Of a stretch of DNA of 64,000 nucleotides, positions 33,020-50,208 are shown piece after piece (positions within the stretch are counted from its first letter, which is position 1; the number at the start of each line of letters is the position of its first letter). Where the stretch lies: assembly GCF_009914755.1 (NCBI RefSeq), contig NC_060934.1; one strand, given 5' to 3'. The position numbers and the translations under genes were made by a program. The stretch is from the human T2T-CHM13v2.0 reference genome, Homo sapiens. Under the pieces are notes generated by a model, which was not told where the DNA came from, made no database searches, and was given only the letters and a program-made list of their open reading frames with translations.

Positions 33020-34375
33020 AGTATATACCCTTGAAATTATCAAACCGTCATCACTATCAATGCCATAAACTTATTCATCACTTACAAAAGTTTCCTCCCA
33101 CCCCTTTTATTTTTCTCCCACCCCACTTTTTTTTTTTTTTAATTTTGTGGTAAGAGCACTTGATGTGAGATCTATTCTCTTAGCAAATTTTTATGTGTAT
33201 AATATAGTATTATTAATTGTAGACCTTATGGTGTACAGATCTTCAAAACTTATTTTGCATGACTGAAACCTGGTACCCTTTGACCAGTGGCCACCCTCCC
33301 TTCAGCCCCTGGCATGCAACTTTTTCCATTTTCCCCTCCCTTCAGCCCCTGGCAACCACCATTCTACTCTCTGCTTCTGTAAGTTTGACTATTTTAGATT
33401 CCACATATAAGTGAGATCATGCAATATTTGTCTTTCTGTGTCTGGCTTATTTCACTTAGCATGTCCTTTGGGCCTATCTATCTTGTTGCAACTGCAGGAT
33501 TTCCTTCCTTTTTAAGGCTGAATAATATTCTATTATAGTATATACCACATTTTCTTTATCCATTCATCCATTGTGAATACTGCAGTGAACATGGGAGTGC
33601 AGATATCTCTTCAAGATCTAGATTTCAATCCAGAAGTGGGATGCTAGATCAAAGGGTAATTCTATTTTTAATTTTTTGAGGAACCTCCATATTTTTTTCC
33701 ATAGTAGGTGCACCAACTTACATTCCCCACAACAGTGTACATGGGTTCCCTTTTCTCTACATCCTTACCAATACTTGCTGTCCGTTGTACTTTTTTAATG
33801 GTAGCCATTAAAGAAGGTATGAGTTAATAGTAGCCATCAAAGAAGGTATGAGGTTTTCATTTGCATTTCCCTGATGATTAGTGATGTTGAGCACCTTTTC
33901 ACATACCTGTTGGCCATTTGAATACCTTCTTTGGAGAAATGTCTATTCAGATTCTTTGCCCATTTTTAAATTGGCTTATTTATTTTTTGGTATTAAGTTG
34001 TAGAAGTTCCTTATATATTTTGGATATTAACTCCTTATAAGATAGAGGGTCTGCAAATATTTTCTCCCATTCTGCAGGTTGTCTCTTCACTCTGTTGATT
34101 GATTCCCTGACTCTGCAGAAGCTTTAGTTTGATAGAATCCCTACTTGTCTATCTTTGCTTTTCTTGCCTGTGCTTTGGTATCATATCTAAGAGACCACTG
34201 CCCAGTCTAATGTCTAGAAATTTATTCCTTTATGTTTTCTCCTAAGAATTTTATTGTTTCAGGTTTTATATTTAAGTCTTTAATCCATTTTAAGTTGGTT
34301 TTTGCATATGATGTAAGATAACGGTCCGATTTCATTCTTTTGCATGTGGATATCCAATTTTCCCAACACTGTTTA
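33020..34375 (-). mobile_element. Old L1 (L1MA/L1MB-type) 3' fragment
   Basis: Antisense L1 3' end motifs (ttttagattccacatataagtgagatcatgc, ttgcatttccctgatgattagtgatgttgagcac). Confidence 0.8.
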
Positions 34376-34525
34376 TATAAGACAATTTACCTTTTATTGT
34401 CAGGAGTTAAGAGTGTCTTACATATAGTAGGCGCACAATCAGGCATCATTTAATGACTGACTGCAGGATTGGTCTTATTGCTCAAGTCAGTCAGGATGCT
34501 GGGAACTAAAAATATAAAACTATAG

Positions 34526-34914
<389 letters not shown>

Positions 34915-35748
34915 TGATGGTCTCTGCCTGCCAAAGTTTGCCTATTGTATGTTTTGGTTTTTATAGAATATCTAATCTATTTCAGCTTCCTTGGGATGAA
35001 GTTTGCATTACTTTGCTTCTTGCAAAGATGAGACTATGCTTTTGACTATCATTAACCCTTACCCTTTAAAAAAAAAAAAAAAAGAGTGGCTGGGCACAGT
35101 GGCTCACGCCTGTAATCTCAACACTTTGGGAGGCCGAGGCAGGTGGATCACCTGAGGTCAGGAGTTCAAAAACATCCTGTCCAACATGGTGAAACCCCGT
35201 CTCTACTAAAAATACAAAGAAATTAGCCAGGTGTGGTGGCGGGTGCCTGTAATCCCAGCTACTCGGGAGGCTGAGGCAGGAGAATCATTTGAACCTGGGA
35301 GGGGAGGTTGCAGTGAGCCAAGATCACACCATTGCCCTCTAGCCTGGGTAAAAAGAGCAAAACTCCATCTCAAAAAAAAAAAAAGTAATATTTGTATGTT
35401 CTTTTTTAATTGAAAAATTTATACAATCAATAGAGACACAAGGAAAAATAGGTATTATTCATAATTTATTCTCAATGTTAACCACTCTTAACATTTTAGT
35501 ATTTGTACTTCCAGGATTTATTTAATGTATCTTATCTTTTTTTTTTTACTATGTTAGAAATATATTTAACTCGGCCGGGCACAGTGGCTCACACCTGTAA
35601 TCCCAGCACTTTGGGGGGCCAAGGCGGGTGGATCACAAGATCAGGAGATCGAGACCATCCTGGCTGACACGGTGAAACCCTGTCTCTACTAAAAAATACA
35701 AAAAATTAGCCGGGCATGGTGGCGGGCGCCTGTAGTCCCAGCTACTCA

Positions 35749-35919
<171 letters not shown>

Positions 35920-36094
35920 TTATGCCTCTTTTGCTTCTGGGCAGTATCTAGAACTGACTTTCACCTAACCTGAAGATCCCAGGTATTATCTTCTAAGATT
36001 GCTTAGTTCTAGAATCATTTTCTGACCTTTGGCCATAGTATTCTAAATTTTGTAGCTCCTGACCTTACATCCTTTTCTTCCTTATGTCTTTCAG

Positions 36095-36295
36095 ATCCAG
36101 GTGAACTTGAGAGAATTAGAGACAGCTGCCTGGTTCAGTCATGATGAGGTAGCCACAGCCCTGAAGAGAAAGGGCCCCTATACTCAGCAACAGAATGGGA
36201 CTTTCCCATTCTGGCTGCCCCCTAAGTTAGCCATCTCCCACCAACTGATTAAGGAGTGGGTGGAAAAACAGACCTGTTCTTCCCTGCCTGCTTAG
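36095..36295 (+). CDS. NUDT13: NUDT13 terminal coding exon 9 (IQVNLRELETAAWF...TCSSLPA-stop)
   Basis: tttcag acceptor; TAG ends at 36295. Spliced CDS totals 1059 nt = 352 aa plus stop. Confidence 0.95.
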   Translation: MQVNLRELETAAWFSHDEVATALKRKGPYTQQQNGTFPFWLPPKLAISHQLIKEWVEKQTCSSLPA

Positions 36296-36829
36296 CCCGG
36301 ATCAAGTCACTTAGATCGCTCCTTGGTATTCCTGAGGGACAAACTAGAGATCAGTTGACAAAGGAGAAGTGACAAAAGATAAGCTGCAGAAGGACCTCAG
36401 AAGGGCAGAGCAAAGGGTGAGCCTACAGTAAGACACTTCTATCAGCAGTGTTAATGGAAGAAATTCCTACCAATGGGCAATCAAAAAAGCCAGTGTGAGA
36501 AGAAAACTGATGAGCTGTCAACTGTCAAAAATCAGGGGGAAGGGGGAAGCATTAGTTTGGATGTAGGCCCTTGTTCAGTCATTTTCTCTAAGGCCTTGGA
36601 AGCAAACATCTTCTGGCATATGGCTTGTTAATGTTGTGTTTACACTAACTGCCAAAATGTGCCTGTTGTAAGTTTGGTTAAAACTTTTATCTTAGTATTG
36701 AAAATATATAGCAAGTTTTAAGTCATTACTGAGTTACTTGTTACCCTTACAGAATTAAGAAAAATAGCACAGTATGACATTTTAAAATTCATGTACAGGT
36801 GCATTCTAGTTACATGAACATGCTAGTTA

Positions 36830-37240
36830 AATAAAAGTCACAATTAAGTCATTATGACTCAGAGTACTTTATAATAAATCAGATGCCCTGAGGCTCTGTT
36901 GAGGAAGTAGAATCCCAATGGGACTCCAGACAGTAAATCTTTTTCGCTGTTTTCAGCTCTGTCACATGCTCAGTTTGTGACCCAGGGAAAAGACTATTGC
37001 TTTGCCATGCCTGTTTTCCTAAATAAAACAGTTGCTGGCATTTGCACATCCACAACGTGTTGATTAACAAAGGGATTGGTGGAGATAAACAGATGCCAAA
37101 CCTGACCTATTTCTTAAACTTTATGGAATAAACTAAATTTAGGATTTCTCATCATTCATATATGATGCCATAAGGGAGAAGAGTTTATTTGGGGAAAATA
37201 AAAGAAATTTCCACACCTTTGTTCTGATGTCTTTTTCTGT
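36830..37240 (+). terminator. NUDT13: NUDT13 polyadenylation region, five AATAAA hexamers
   Basis: AATAAA at 36830, 36873, 37022, 37127 and 37197; GT/T-rich element after the last. Confidence 0.7.
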
Positions 37241-38607
37241 CCTGTGAATTGAGAAAATTTTACAAGGTGAGAATTTGGGGGTAGGGGAAAGGATCCCTAT
37301 TGGTGACAATTAAACATTTAAGTCCAGGTTTCAAGTCAGTGTAACAACTGAAGCAATGTGCAGGAGGAATGTTAGAGGTCTTGCTGAAAAGAGGAAATAA
37401 TCATATCTTCAGAAGATTCTAGGGACTTATTTGTGATTAAAGACAAAAGCTCCAGAGACCCTAAGGTTATTTACATGTCAAAGTCCCATAGGACTAAGTC
37501 CCAAAGTCCCATAGCACTAAAGAGATTCTAAAACTAGAAAAGTTAAAGCACTGAATTTCCTTTTGATCTCAAAAGGTCATTGCTCTCTCCACTGCCAGCA
37601 AACCATCATTGCTTTGGGGAAATCAAAGTGCCTTCATCAGGAAATGTTGAGGGATAATATGTGATGGGACTTGATTGTCTTGTTAGATTGGCAGCTTGCC
37701 TTTACCTGGGCTGAACCCAGCATGCAGAAGGGAAAAGCACTCACAAAAGAGAGGTCCTGAGATTTCTTCATATCTTGCAGTTAGAAGAAAACAGTTCAGG
37801 GTCCATGTGTATTACCATCTCCCAATCTTTTCTATCTCTATGTGGGTGTGTTTGTGAGCGCATGTGTACACATCCCCAATCTGAAAATACTGATAGAAAG
37901 GGGAGTGTGCGGAATTCCTGGTTATGAGTTTCCCAAACTTACCATGGAGTAACTGTTTGTTTTTTGATTAATGTGTTTTTGGAAAAGAAAAGATGAGAGT
38001 GGCTAACAGCAGGAGCTGCAACATTGAACTTTGCTTCTCAGTAGTGAGTGGGAAAAGAGCTTTGCTGTAGAACCCCAAGGATATCTGAAAGCTGAGGCAG
38101 AAGAGAGCAGGCCTGGAATACTGAAAATGGCAGATAAATAAAAGAAACTTTGGTACAGGACCTACCTGACCTGAGAATATATACATGGGCAATAAATTAT
38201 GAAGGTGCTAAGGATAAATAGAACCCATCTGGGTCCATGATGCAGAATAGAAAAACAGGTAAAATCTTGTGAGCCTGGCTGAAAGTCAGTCAGCCGTGGC
38301 AACCAGAATAAAAAAAAATTTCATTTATATTTTTGCCTATCACCCTTTCTCTACCCAATATTTAATCCTCAATGAAGATAAACCTAATGTACCACAAGTG
38401 CGATGGGGGGAAACCTTTTTCTCACAGTTGAGCTGGGACGGCATTCTGGCCCCATTTTTAACATGAGAAATGTAGCTTCAAAACAAACAATAAAAATATA
38501 TTTAAAATAATTATTATTTAAAATGTTAAAATGTTGCACAATATCATCTGATGTGTTACTTTAGTCAATGTGTAACACTTATCCTCTTCCTTAGTTCATT
38601 TCAGTGA

Positions 38608-38840
<233 letters not shown>

Positions 38841-39936
38841 TGATAGTAAGTTCTCAGATGAGAACTCTACTACACCATTCTCCTAATTCCTCCCTTGGTC
38901 ACTGGAGAGGGAACAGTATGAAACTATTTCCATTGTTTTTACTTGGATAGGGTAAGATATAGTAAAGGCATCTCTCTGCTGCATACAATAATAAAGAAGA
39001 ATCCAGAGACCTAGATTATAAAAACATGGTCAGTATATGGAGCTGTCTGTAAAGAAGACTTTTTTTTTGCTTTTAATGGTGAATTTTATGATATATAGAT
39101 AATACTTGATTTATTTTAGGAGGAATATGAGCATCATTTTAAGAAATAAACATTTCATCTTAGCAAAAGATATATCAGTTATATTAAATATCAAACCAAT
39201 TAATTAATTAAAACAATTAAGTACAGTATCAGGTATGAAATATCCAAAATAGGCAAATCCATAGAGACAGAAAGTAGACTAGTGGTTTCTAGGGGCTGGG
39301 AGTAGAAGGGAATGAGAGACTATTAGTGAGTATGGGGTTTCTAATATTCTAGAATTAGATGGTAGGGATGGTTGCACAATTTTGTAAATATACTAAAAAC
39401 CACTGAATTGTATAATTTAAAGGGTAAATTTTTTGGTATGTGACATATCAATATAGCTGTTATTTACAAGTAAATAAGTTCTATATCTTGCTTCAGGTAC
39501 ATACATACATGCAAAAATTCACTGACTGTACACTTAAGATTTGTGCACTTAACCATATGCATGTTATGCCTCATTAAAAAAATTGAAAAAGTGAATGAGT
39601 TTTCAAATCCAAATTTGTCAACTTGAAATTTTGATCTGAGGATGAATAGCAGTAAGGGAGAAATTTAAATATTTAGAATTACTCCAAGGGTATATTGTGG
39701 TAGGGTATGTCTTTAGCATGAAGTGTGTGAATTTCATCTCAAGGTTGTCTAGGGGCTAGATTCTACCCTGCCGAGTTCAAAACCTGTGTATAACCCACAG
39801 CTGAGATCACAAAGACTTGTGCCAAGAGGGCCACATTTGGGGCTCATGGAGAAGTCAATCTGTAAAACTTGTAATGAAGAAACATTTTTACTAAATGAGT
39901 AATCTAAACTAGAAATGAACAGAATCATATTCAATA

Positions 39937-39942
39937 TTTATT
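39937..39942 (-). terminator. ECD: ECD proximal polyA signal AATAAA
   Basis: Plus strand tttatt, about 33 nt after the stop codon. Confidence 0.7.
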
Positions 39943-39974
39943 TAAAAAGAAAAAAGAGAAGCTAAATGTGCTGG

Positions 39975-40229
<255 letters not shown>

Positions 40230-40901
40230 TTATGGGCTAATGTATCATTAGGTTGCATGGTGGTTACAATAAAAAGATAACTAAGCCACAATGTAAATTT
40301 GCATTCCAAATTAAAAAGGAAACTTCTTATCCTTGGTGATATAAACTGAAAATGAAGTCTACAAGTTATATGGCCTAGCACACATAATAAAACTTGGTTC
40401 TAAAGGTTATAACACATTTCTCTCCAGGAAAGATTCCTGCAAATCGAATAAATTGCATGTCTATTTTGAAATAGCTCAAGGGCTAATAGAATTAAGAAGG
40501 TACATTTATAACTTGTCTAAGAGTCTTAAAAGAAACAAACATAAAAGTGAATATTAAATGAAATAATAATGTAAATTTTCTTCAAAATGAAAGAAGCGAG
40601 TGTTCCTTTCTTTCCCCCCAGTGAAAAAGCTTAAAAGTAAAAACACAAGGCTTTGTGGTTCCAACCACAAAGATTCTAAATTGTTAGTTGGGCCTCTGAT
40701 TCCACAAGCTGGGGAAAGGATTTGAAAGATTACAGCTCGATAGACTTTTATGTCCTTGCTACCCAAAGCATTGTCCATGGAGCAGCAGAGTCTCCATCGC
40801 TTGGGGCTTATTAGAAATGGAAAAACTCAGCTGGGAGTGGTCGCTCATGCCTGTAATCCCAGCACTTTGGGAGGCTGAGGTGGGTGGATCACTTGAGGTC
40901 A

Positions 40902-41181
<280 letters not shown>

Positions 41182-42065
41182 TCATCCCAGGCCTACTTAA
41201 TCAGAATCTATGTTGTAACATGATCTTTTGGTTTATATTCGCATTAAAATTTAAGAAATACTGCTTTAGATAAATCTAATGTATGGTTTCTACTAGATTT
41301 TGACAATTCTGGAAGTGACTATAGTTTTAAAAGTGGTTTAGATGATCAAAGCAAGGAGAATTAACATTAATTAAAGGCCTATTGTAGGTTTTACTGCTGT
41401 CTAATTTGGTTCTCATGTTAATTTTATGATATGAGGATTACTGGTTTATAGATACATTCACAGTGGACAGCTGAGCTAGACTTCAAACCCTAACCCATAA
41501 GACTCCAGGGTTCTTGCTCTTTCCATAATACCTCTGTTTAGGATTAGACAGTGGTGGCATTAAAAACTAGGATGAAAACATAAACGGAAGGTGAATCCTA
41601 AATTTGGCTCTAAATTAGGGAAAAATACAAAATAAACTGTTAAAACTGGAAAGTTATTTGAATGTTTAAGATCCTGTTTATTTACTTATGTTATTTTGTT
41701 TTAATCCACTGTGGCCCAAGGCATAGTCTCAAAAGGTCTTGAGAACATGTGCCCTCTCTTTTTTAAAATCCATTTAAGCTGTAGTTTTTTTAAACTACTT
41801 TTGAAAAAAAATGTATTTAAGAAGTAGTAGTGTACAATCGCATTCTAATTTGAGCATATTATATGACTTTTTATTTTAAATCCTGATAGATAACGTAGAA
41901 TAAGTAATATAATGAAGCTTATGTTTTGGAAAATTAAGTCTATGATCCTTTATCCTACCAGAGTTAGGAAAACAATTAACATTCTTATTTATTTCAAATC
42001 TCACACACCAAAAAAAGAAAAACTATGATAAAATATGGTTTTAGCTATCTGACATACTAGACTCA

Positions 42066-42376
<311 letters not shown>

Positions 42377-42948
42377 TTTTAGTTACTACACATCTCAAAA
42401 TAATTAGAATGTTACCCACAGAAAAAGACTAATACACACAGTCAGTCTACTTCACAAAAATCCCTTCTACAAATGGTAATGCTGGCAGATATGTGTGCAT
42501 TTAATGTTGTGGAAAAGCGTACAAGCTGAATCAAAAGATTTAGCTTAAAAAAAAGTGAATTCAATTAATTAAAATATTTTTCTTAAAAAATTTTTAAAAA
42601 TACCTAATAAATGAATACATTTTGATGTAAACATTCAAGCCATACAAGTATTGTCTCCAATCTCACTCTCTCCCCAGAGGTAAGCATCTTTTAGCAGTTT
42701 CCGGGTATCCCAATCTTTCTCTCTGCAGTTCTGTACATATATACATATTATAATTATTTTTTGAGTTATCTTTTTATTACTGATTTGTAAGTACAGTAAT
42801 TCCAAAAAAGAACAATATAATATGGGAGCCAAGGTAAAACCCTATTTAAACACACAGCATTCAGTCACTCTCAAATATTTAATGAGGCCGGGCACGGTGG
42901 CTCACGCCTGTAATCCCAGCACTTTGGTAGGCTGAGATGGGCGGATCA

Positions 42949-43185
<237 letters not shown>

Positions 43186-43394
43186 TTAATGAGCAGCTAC
43201 TATATATGTCAAACACTAAGCTAGGCAGCCTCTACAAAATTATTCATGGGTAGTAATTCATGGTTGAAAGCAACTCAAACCAGGAAGAGAAAGCAAACAT
43301 TTTGGCTTCTGAGATATCTCATAAACCAATGCTCTAGCAACAGCCATACTACTAACAGTTTCAAAATGAAAGTCAACATCACACCACTACTTAC

Positions 43395-43462
43395 CTAAAA
43401 TCTTATCAAAATAATTAAGAAAAGAATCTGCATCAAAAGTGATTGGAGCCTCAGAAGGTTCT
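43395..43462 (-). CDS. ECD: ECD exon (EPSEAPITFDADSFLNYFDKIL)
   Basis: gcag acceptor, G|GTAAGT donor; 68 nt; phase consistent. Confidence 0.93.
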
Positions 43463-43938
43463 CTGCAATATTAAAGGACAAAGACAATTAATTTATTCTA
43501 AATACAACTCTTTGAAACTTTTCTAAAGTGGTGCCATTCTTAGGAAAGCTACCAAAGATAGAATTTCTAAGGAGGCACAGCAAGAAAAGTTGTAGTTTAA
43601 GTTTTAAAAATCCTTGAGTTTACTGGCCTTGCAGGACAACAGAAATGGGAAAGTCTGATAAATGAAAAGTAAAAATTGCATCTTGTTTATGTACATTTAG
43701 CTTATGCTGATTTAGGGACCTACCCACTCTCTAGCCCCAATAAGATATCTAGCATTAGCAAAACCATTATTTATTTGAGTTAATTTAAATAAAGCCTGTT
43801 CTTTTAAGAACTAAAGCTTAAAAAATAAACAAGAACATATCTTCCCTTATCCCTGCTTTCTTAAAGAGAGAATACCAAATATAAATTTATATCTTTCATC
43901 AGGTTCAAGAGCATCAACACTAATAATGATATATTTGA

Positions 43939-44193
<255 letters not shown>

Positions 44194-44699
44194 TGATCTG
44201 CCTGCCTCGGTCTCCCAAAGTACTGGGATTACAGGCATGAGCCACCGCGCCCAGCCTACAAGTAATAATTCTATCTACCTGTTTTTCCTGTTATTTGCCA
44301 AATGTAGTTTCATATTTCTGTTATTATTTCTGCCTCTGATGAATTCCTTTTTCAGTATCCAATCTGCTTGCAGGGTGGGAGATCAGAGGTCTGAACTTGT
44401 TGAAAGTTAAATGTTGAGCCCATAAAGCTACTAAAGAGTAAAGTATATGGTTTCCCTGTGTGGTTCTGGATGATGGTTTTTAGGGTGATCTTTCTGGCTT
44501 ATTTCAAGGATTGCAAAGGATGAGGCTTCTAGAAATCTGACTTCAAATAAGTAAGTTATCACTATACTAGGCACAAAAAAGAAAGCAAGCAGTACAACTC
44601 ATTTACTCAAAAAAAAAAAAAAAAAGTGGAAATGGCAATGACTATGACTTCAACATTTGGGTTCTAGCTATTTATATATTTATACTTTAACACAAATTA

Positions 44700-44918
<219 letters not shown>

Positions 44919-45017
44919 CTACATTCACATAAGTCCTCTTAGGAGAGGATCCTGTGAGACTGAGTAGAACATTTTAATTTTTTTTTTTTAACCCTTCCAC
45001 TGTATCCTGGTCCATCA

Positions 45018-45221
<204 letters not shown>

Positions 45222-45749
45222 CTAGTCTAATTTGGGGAGTGTTTTTTTTTTTTTTTTTTAAGAGATGGGGTTTCATTGTTGCCCAGAATGGACTCGAACT
45301 CCTGGGTTCAAATGATCCTCCCACTTCATCCTCCCAAGTAGCCAGCACTACAAGTACATGCCAAAACACCTGGCTCTAATTTGTTTGTTTGTTTTTAACA
45401 GAGTTTCACTCTGTCGCCCAGGCTGGTGTGCAGTGGCGCGACCTCGGCTCACCACAACCTCCGCCTCCCAGGTTGAAGAGATTCTCCTGCCTCAACCTCC
45501 CAAGTAGCTGAGACTACAGGCATGCGCCACCACACCCAGCTAATTTTTGTATTTTTAGTAAAGATGGGGTTTCACCATATTGGCCAGGTTGGTCTCGAAC
45601 TCCTGACCTCATAATCCCCCTGCCTTGGCCTCCCAAAGTGCTGGGATTACAGACATGAGCCACCGCACCCAGCCTTCTAATTTGTTTTTAAGCATATTTT
45701 TAGGTTGCAGATCCCTTTTTCTCAAACAAAACTTTTACCAGGAACTCTA

Positions 45750-46111
<362 letters not shown>

Positions 46112-46778
46112 TCAGAGATCTACACAATTGGCCTTCCTTTTTGGCTCTGAAGCAGGCTCCATGGAACATCATTATGAAGCCACTGATCTCGTATAATTCT
46201 TTCTATACATACATGCAGAGACAGGGTCTCTCTCTATATATGTATATATATGTACATACAGTTGTATTATGTTAATAGTACATATACATATAAAACACGT
46301 ACTAAAAATACATAAAAATATACATATAATATATATTTTATATACGAGGAAAAGAAGATCCAGAAGGAAAGCATCAATTAAAATTTATCTAGCATGTATT
46401 AAATGCTATGCTAACACTTTAAATACATTTTCTTATTGAGTCCTTTTGTTACTATTATAGAAGGTAATAATCCTGTTTTACAGATGAGAAAACCAGAACC
46501 CAGGGAAGTTCTTTAACTTTTGCAAAGTCTGTATTACCCAGGAGGCGGAGGTTGCAGTGAGCCAGGATTGTGCCATTGCACTCCAGGCTGGGCGACAAGA
46601 GCGAGACTCCGTTGGCCGGGTGCGGTGGCTCACGCCTGTAATCCCAGCACTTTGGGAGGCCAAGGCGGGCGGATCACGAGGTCAGGAGATCGAGACCATC
46701 CTGGCTAACACAGTGAAACCCCGTCTCTACTAAAAAAAAAAAAAAAAAAAAAAATTAGCTGGGCGTGGTGGTGGGTAC

Positions 46779-46877
46779 CTGTTGTCCCAGGTACTCAGGA
46801 GGCTGAGGCAGATGAATGGCGTGAACCCAGGAGGTGGAGCTTGCAGTAAGCCAGGATCGCGCCACTGCACCTCCAAC
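46779..46877 (-). CDS. ECD: Alternative Alu-derived ECD cassette exon, 99 nt, in frame ([33 protein letters not shown])
   Basis: Right arm of an antisense Alu; cccag acceptor and CAG|GTACCC donor; stop-free in the frame set by the flanking exons; would extend 644 aa to 677 aa. Confidence 0.7.
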
Positions 46878-47919
46878 CTGGGCACAGAGCAAGACTCCGT
46901 CTCAAAAAAAAAAGAGACTCCATAAAAAGAAAAAAAATCCTCATTCTTTAAGACTTAACTCAAATACCTCCTCCCTGAAGCCTTCCATTATCTTTCTTTT
47001 TTTAACATCTCTGCTTCAACCTTAGTGAAAGTTTATTACCTTCTCACTATGACTCTCTTTAGCATTTGATATTCCAGAATGATTTTTATTTTGCCTTTTG
47101 TTATGATTATTTGGTTTATTCTCTCTCCTAGTAACGTTTACATATTAATAATACAGAGTAGAGACAGTTCCCCATCACCTACGTGATTTTGCAAGGTATG
47201 CAAATGTTTATCCAATTAAAGCAAGTCCTTTATACAACTTGATTTGATCCATTCTTAATAGTTCAGACAGGGTGCCATCAATTTATGTAACAAATCATGT
47301 CACCATTATGTCACTCACTCAACACATAAGTATCTCTGTGCATAGTTTCTTTTTTTTCTTTTTCTAAGACAGGGTCTCACTCTGTCGCCTAGGCTAGAGT
47401 GCGTGGCATGATCACAGCTCACTGCAGCCTTGACTCTTGGGATCAAGCAATCTTCCTATCTCAGCAAGTAGCTGGGATTACAGGCATTAGCCACTGTGCC
47501 TGGCTATTTATTTATTTTTAATTTGAGTAGCTGGGATTACAGGTGCCCACCACCTCATCCGGCTAATTTTTTGTATTTGTAGTAGAGATGGGGTTTCACC
47601 ATGTTGGCCAGGTTGGTCTCAAACTCCTGACCTCAGGTGATTCACCCATCTCGGTCTCCCAAAGTGCTGGGATTACAGGTGTGAGCCACTGTGCCCGGCC
47701 TATTTGTTTATTTTTAATTGACAAAAAAGTGTATAGGTTTATCATGTACCTTAAAAATATTGTAGAGATGTAATCCCAGCACTTTGGGAGGCTGAGGAGG
47801 GCAGATCACAGGTCAGGAGATCGAGACCATCCTGGCCAACATGGTGAAACCCTGTCTGTGCTAAAATACGAAAAGATTAGCCAGGTATGATGGCACGCGC
47901 CTGTAGTCCCAGCTACTCA

Positions 47920-48249
<330 letters not shown>

Positions 48250-48558
48250 TCACTCCTTCACTTCATTCAGGTCTCTTTTCAAAGAAAACTTCCTTAGAAA
48301 GGCCTTCCTTGACTAATCTATCTAGAAGAGCAGTCTCTACCCCTCTACCCCACACACTGCTTTTTCTTCATAGCACTTACCACCCCCTAATATTACATAA
48401 TGGCTTGCGGTCTTTCTCCTACATTAGCATGTAAGCTCTATAAGGACAAGGACACTTTGGGTTCATTTATTATATCCCCAGTACCTGGAATAGGGCCTGG
48501 CACATAGGAGGCATTCAATAAATATTTGTTGAATAAATGAATATATATGTATCTATAA

Positions 48559-48795
<237 letters not shown>

Positions 48796-49294
48796 TGATC
48801 CACCCGCCTTGGCCTCCCAAAATGCTGGCATTACAGGTGTGAGCCACTGCGCCCAGCCTGTATAGTATTTTGTATATTTAAAATTTTTATATGTGTAACA
48901 TCCACACGGTATATATTTTATTCTTTTTCATTTTCATTTTTAATTTTTGTGGGTACATAGTAGGTGTATATATTTATAGGGTATATGAGATGTTTTGATA
49001 CAGGCATGTAATGTGAAATAAGTACATCATGGAGAATGGGGTATCCATCCTCTCAAGCATTTATCCTTCGAGTTACAAACAATCCAATTACACTCTATGT
49101 TAAATGTATAATTAAGTTATCATTGACTATAGTCACCCTGTTGTACTATCAAATAGTAGGTCTTACTCATTCGTTCTATTTTTTTTTTTTTTGGTACCCA
49201 TTACTGTACGTATTTATAACTTGCTTTTTTTTTTTTTTTCACTGCATTATGTTTTTGAAATCTATTCATTTAGATCAGTGGTTCCCATTTAGAT

Positions 49295-49513
49295 CAGTGG
49301 TTCCCAACCAGGGACGATTTTGCCGCCCAGGTACCTCTGGCAATGTCTGGAGACATTTTTGGTTGTCATGATTGGGGGATGAGGGAGAAGTGCTATTGAT
49401 ATTTACTGGATAGAGGCCAGGGATGCTGTTAAATGTCCTATGAAGTGCAAGCCAGTCCCTCACAATAAATTATCAGATCCAAAATGTCAGTAGCACTGAG
49501 GTTGAAAAATCCT
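49295..49513. mobile_element. MER20 DNA transposon
   Basis: cagtggttcccaaccagggacgattttg...ggcaatgtctggagacatttttggttgtca...gaggttgaaaaatcct. Confidence 0.85.
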
Positions 49514-50014
49514 AAATCAGATATATGTAAATATAGTTCATCTCTGGTTAACTACTAGATAGCAGGCTATCATATAAGTACACTGCAATTCATTTATCCA
49601 TTATTGATGGATACTTTGGTTGCTTATAATTTTTCACTATTACAATCTCTGATAAATTAGGGGAAAGTCTATGATATTATACGTAGGAGCTAAAAACAAT
49701 TCTAAACTGAGAGACAGAGAGCAGAATAATGGCTGGCTGGGTGCAGTGGCTCACACTTGTAATCCCAGAACTTTGAGAAGCCAAGGTAGGGGGATCTCTT
49801 AAACCCAGGAGGTCAAGATTGCAATGAGCTATGACTGTACCACTGCACTCCAGTCTAGGCAACAGAGTGAGACTCTATCTCAAATAATAATAATAATAAA
49901 AGTAGAATGATGGTTACCAGAGGCTGGGAAGGGTAGCAGAGAGCGGGGGGAAAAGAGGGGATAGTTAATGGTTACAAAAATTAGTTAAATAGAAGGAATA
50001 AGAGCTAGTGTTTG

Positions 50015-50208
50015 CTGCTCTGCCTATGGAGTAGCCATTCTTTATTCCTTTACTTTCTTAATAAACATACTTTCACTTTACTCTATGGACTTGCCCAAAA
50101 TTCTTTCTTGCATGAGATCCAAGACCCCTCTCTTGGGGTCTGGATCTGGAATGCTTTTTAGTAACATCTTCCTGGCAAATCCCAAAAAATATTTTTTAAA
50201 AAATTAAA
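50015..50208 (+). mobile_element. MER41-like LTR 3' fragment with A-rich tail and 15-bp TSD, inserted into an L1MA 3' end
   Basis: gcctatggagtagccattc...aataaa...ctctcttggggtctggatc...gtaaca; TSD aagagctagtgtttg at 50000-50014 and 50209-50223. Confidence 0.8.
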
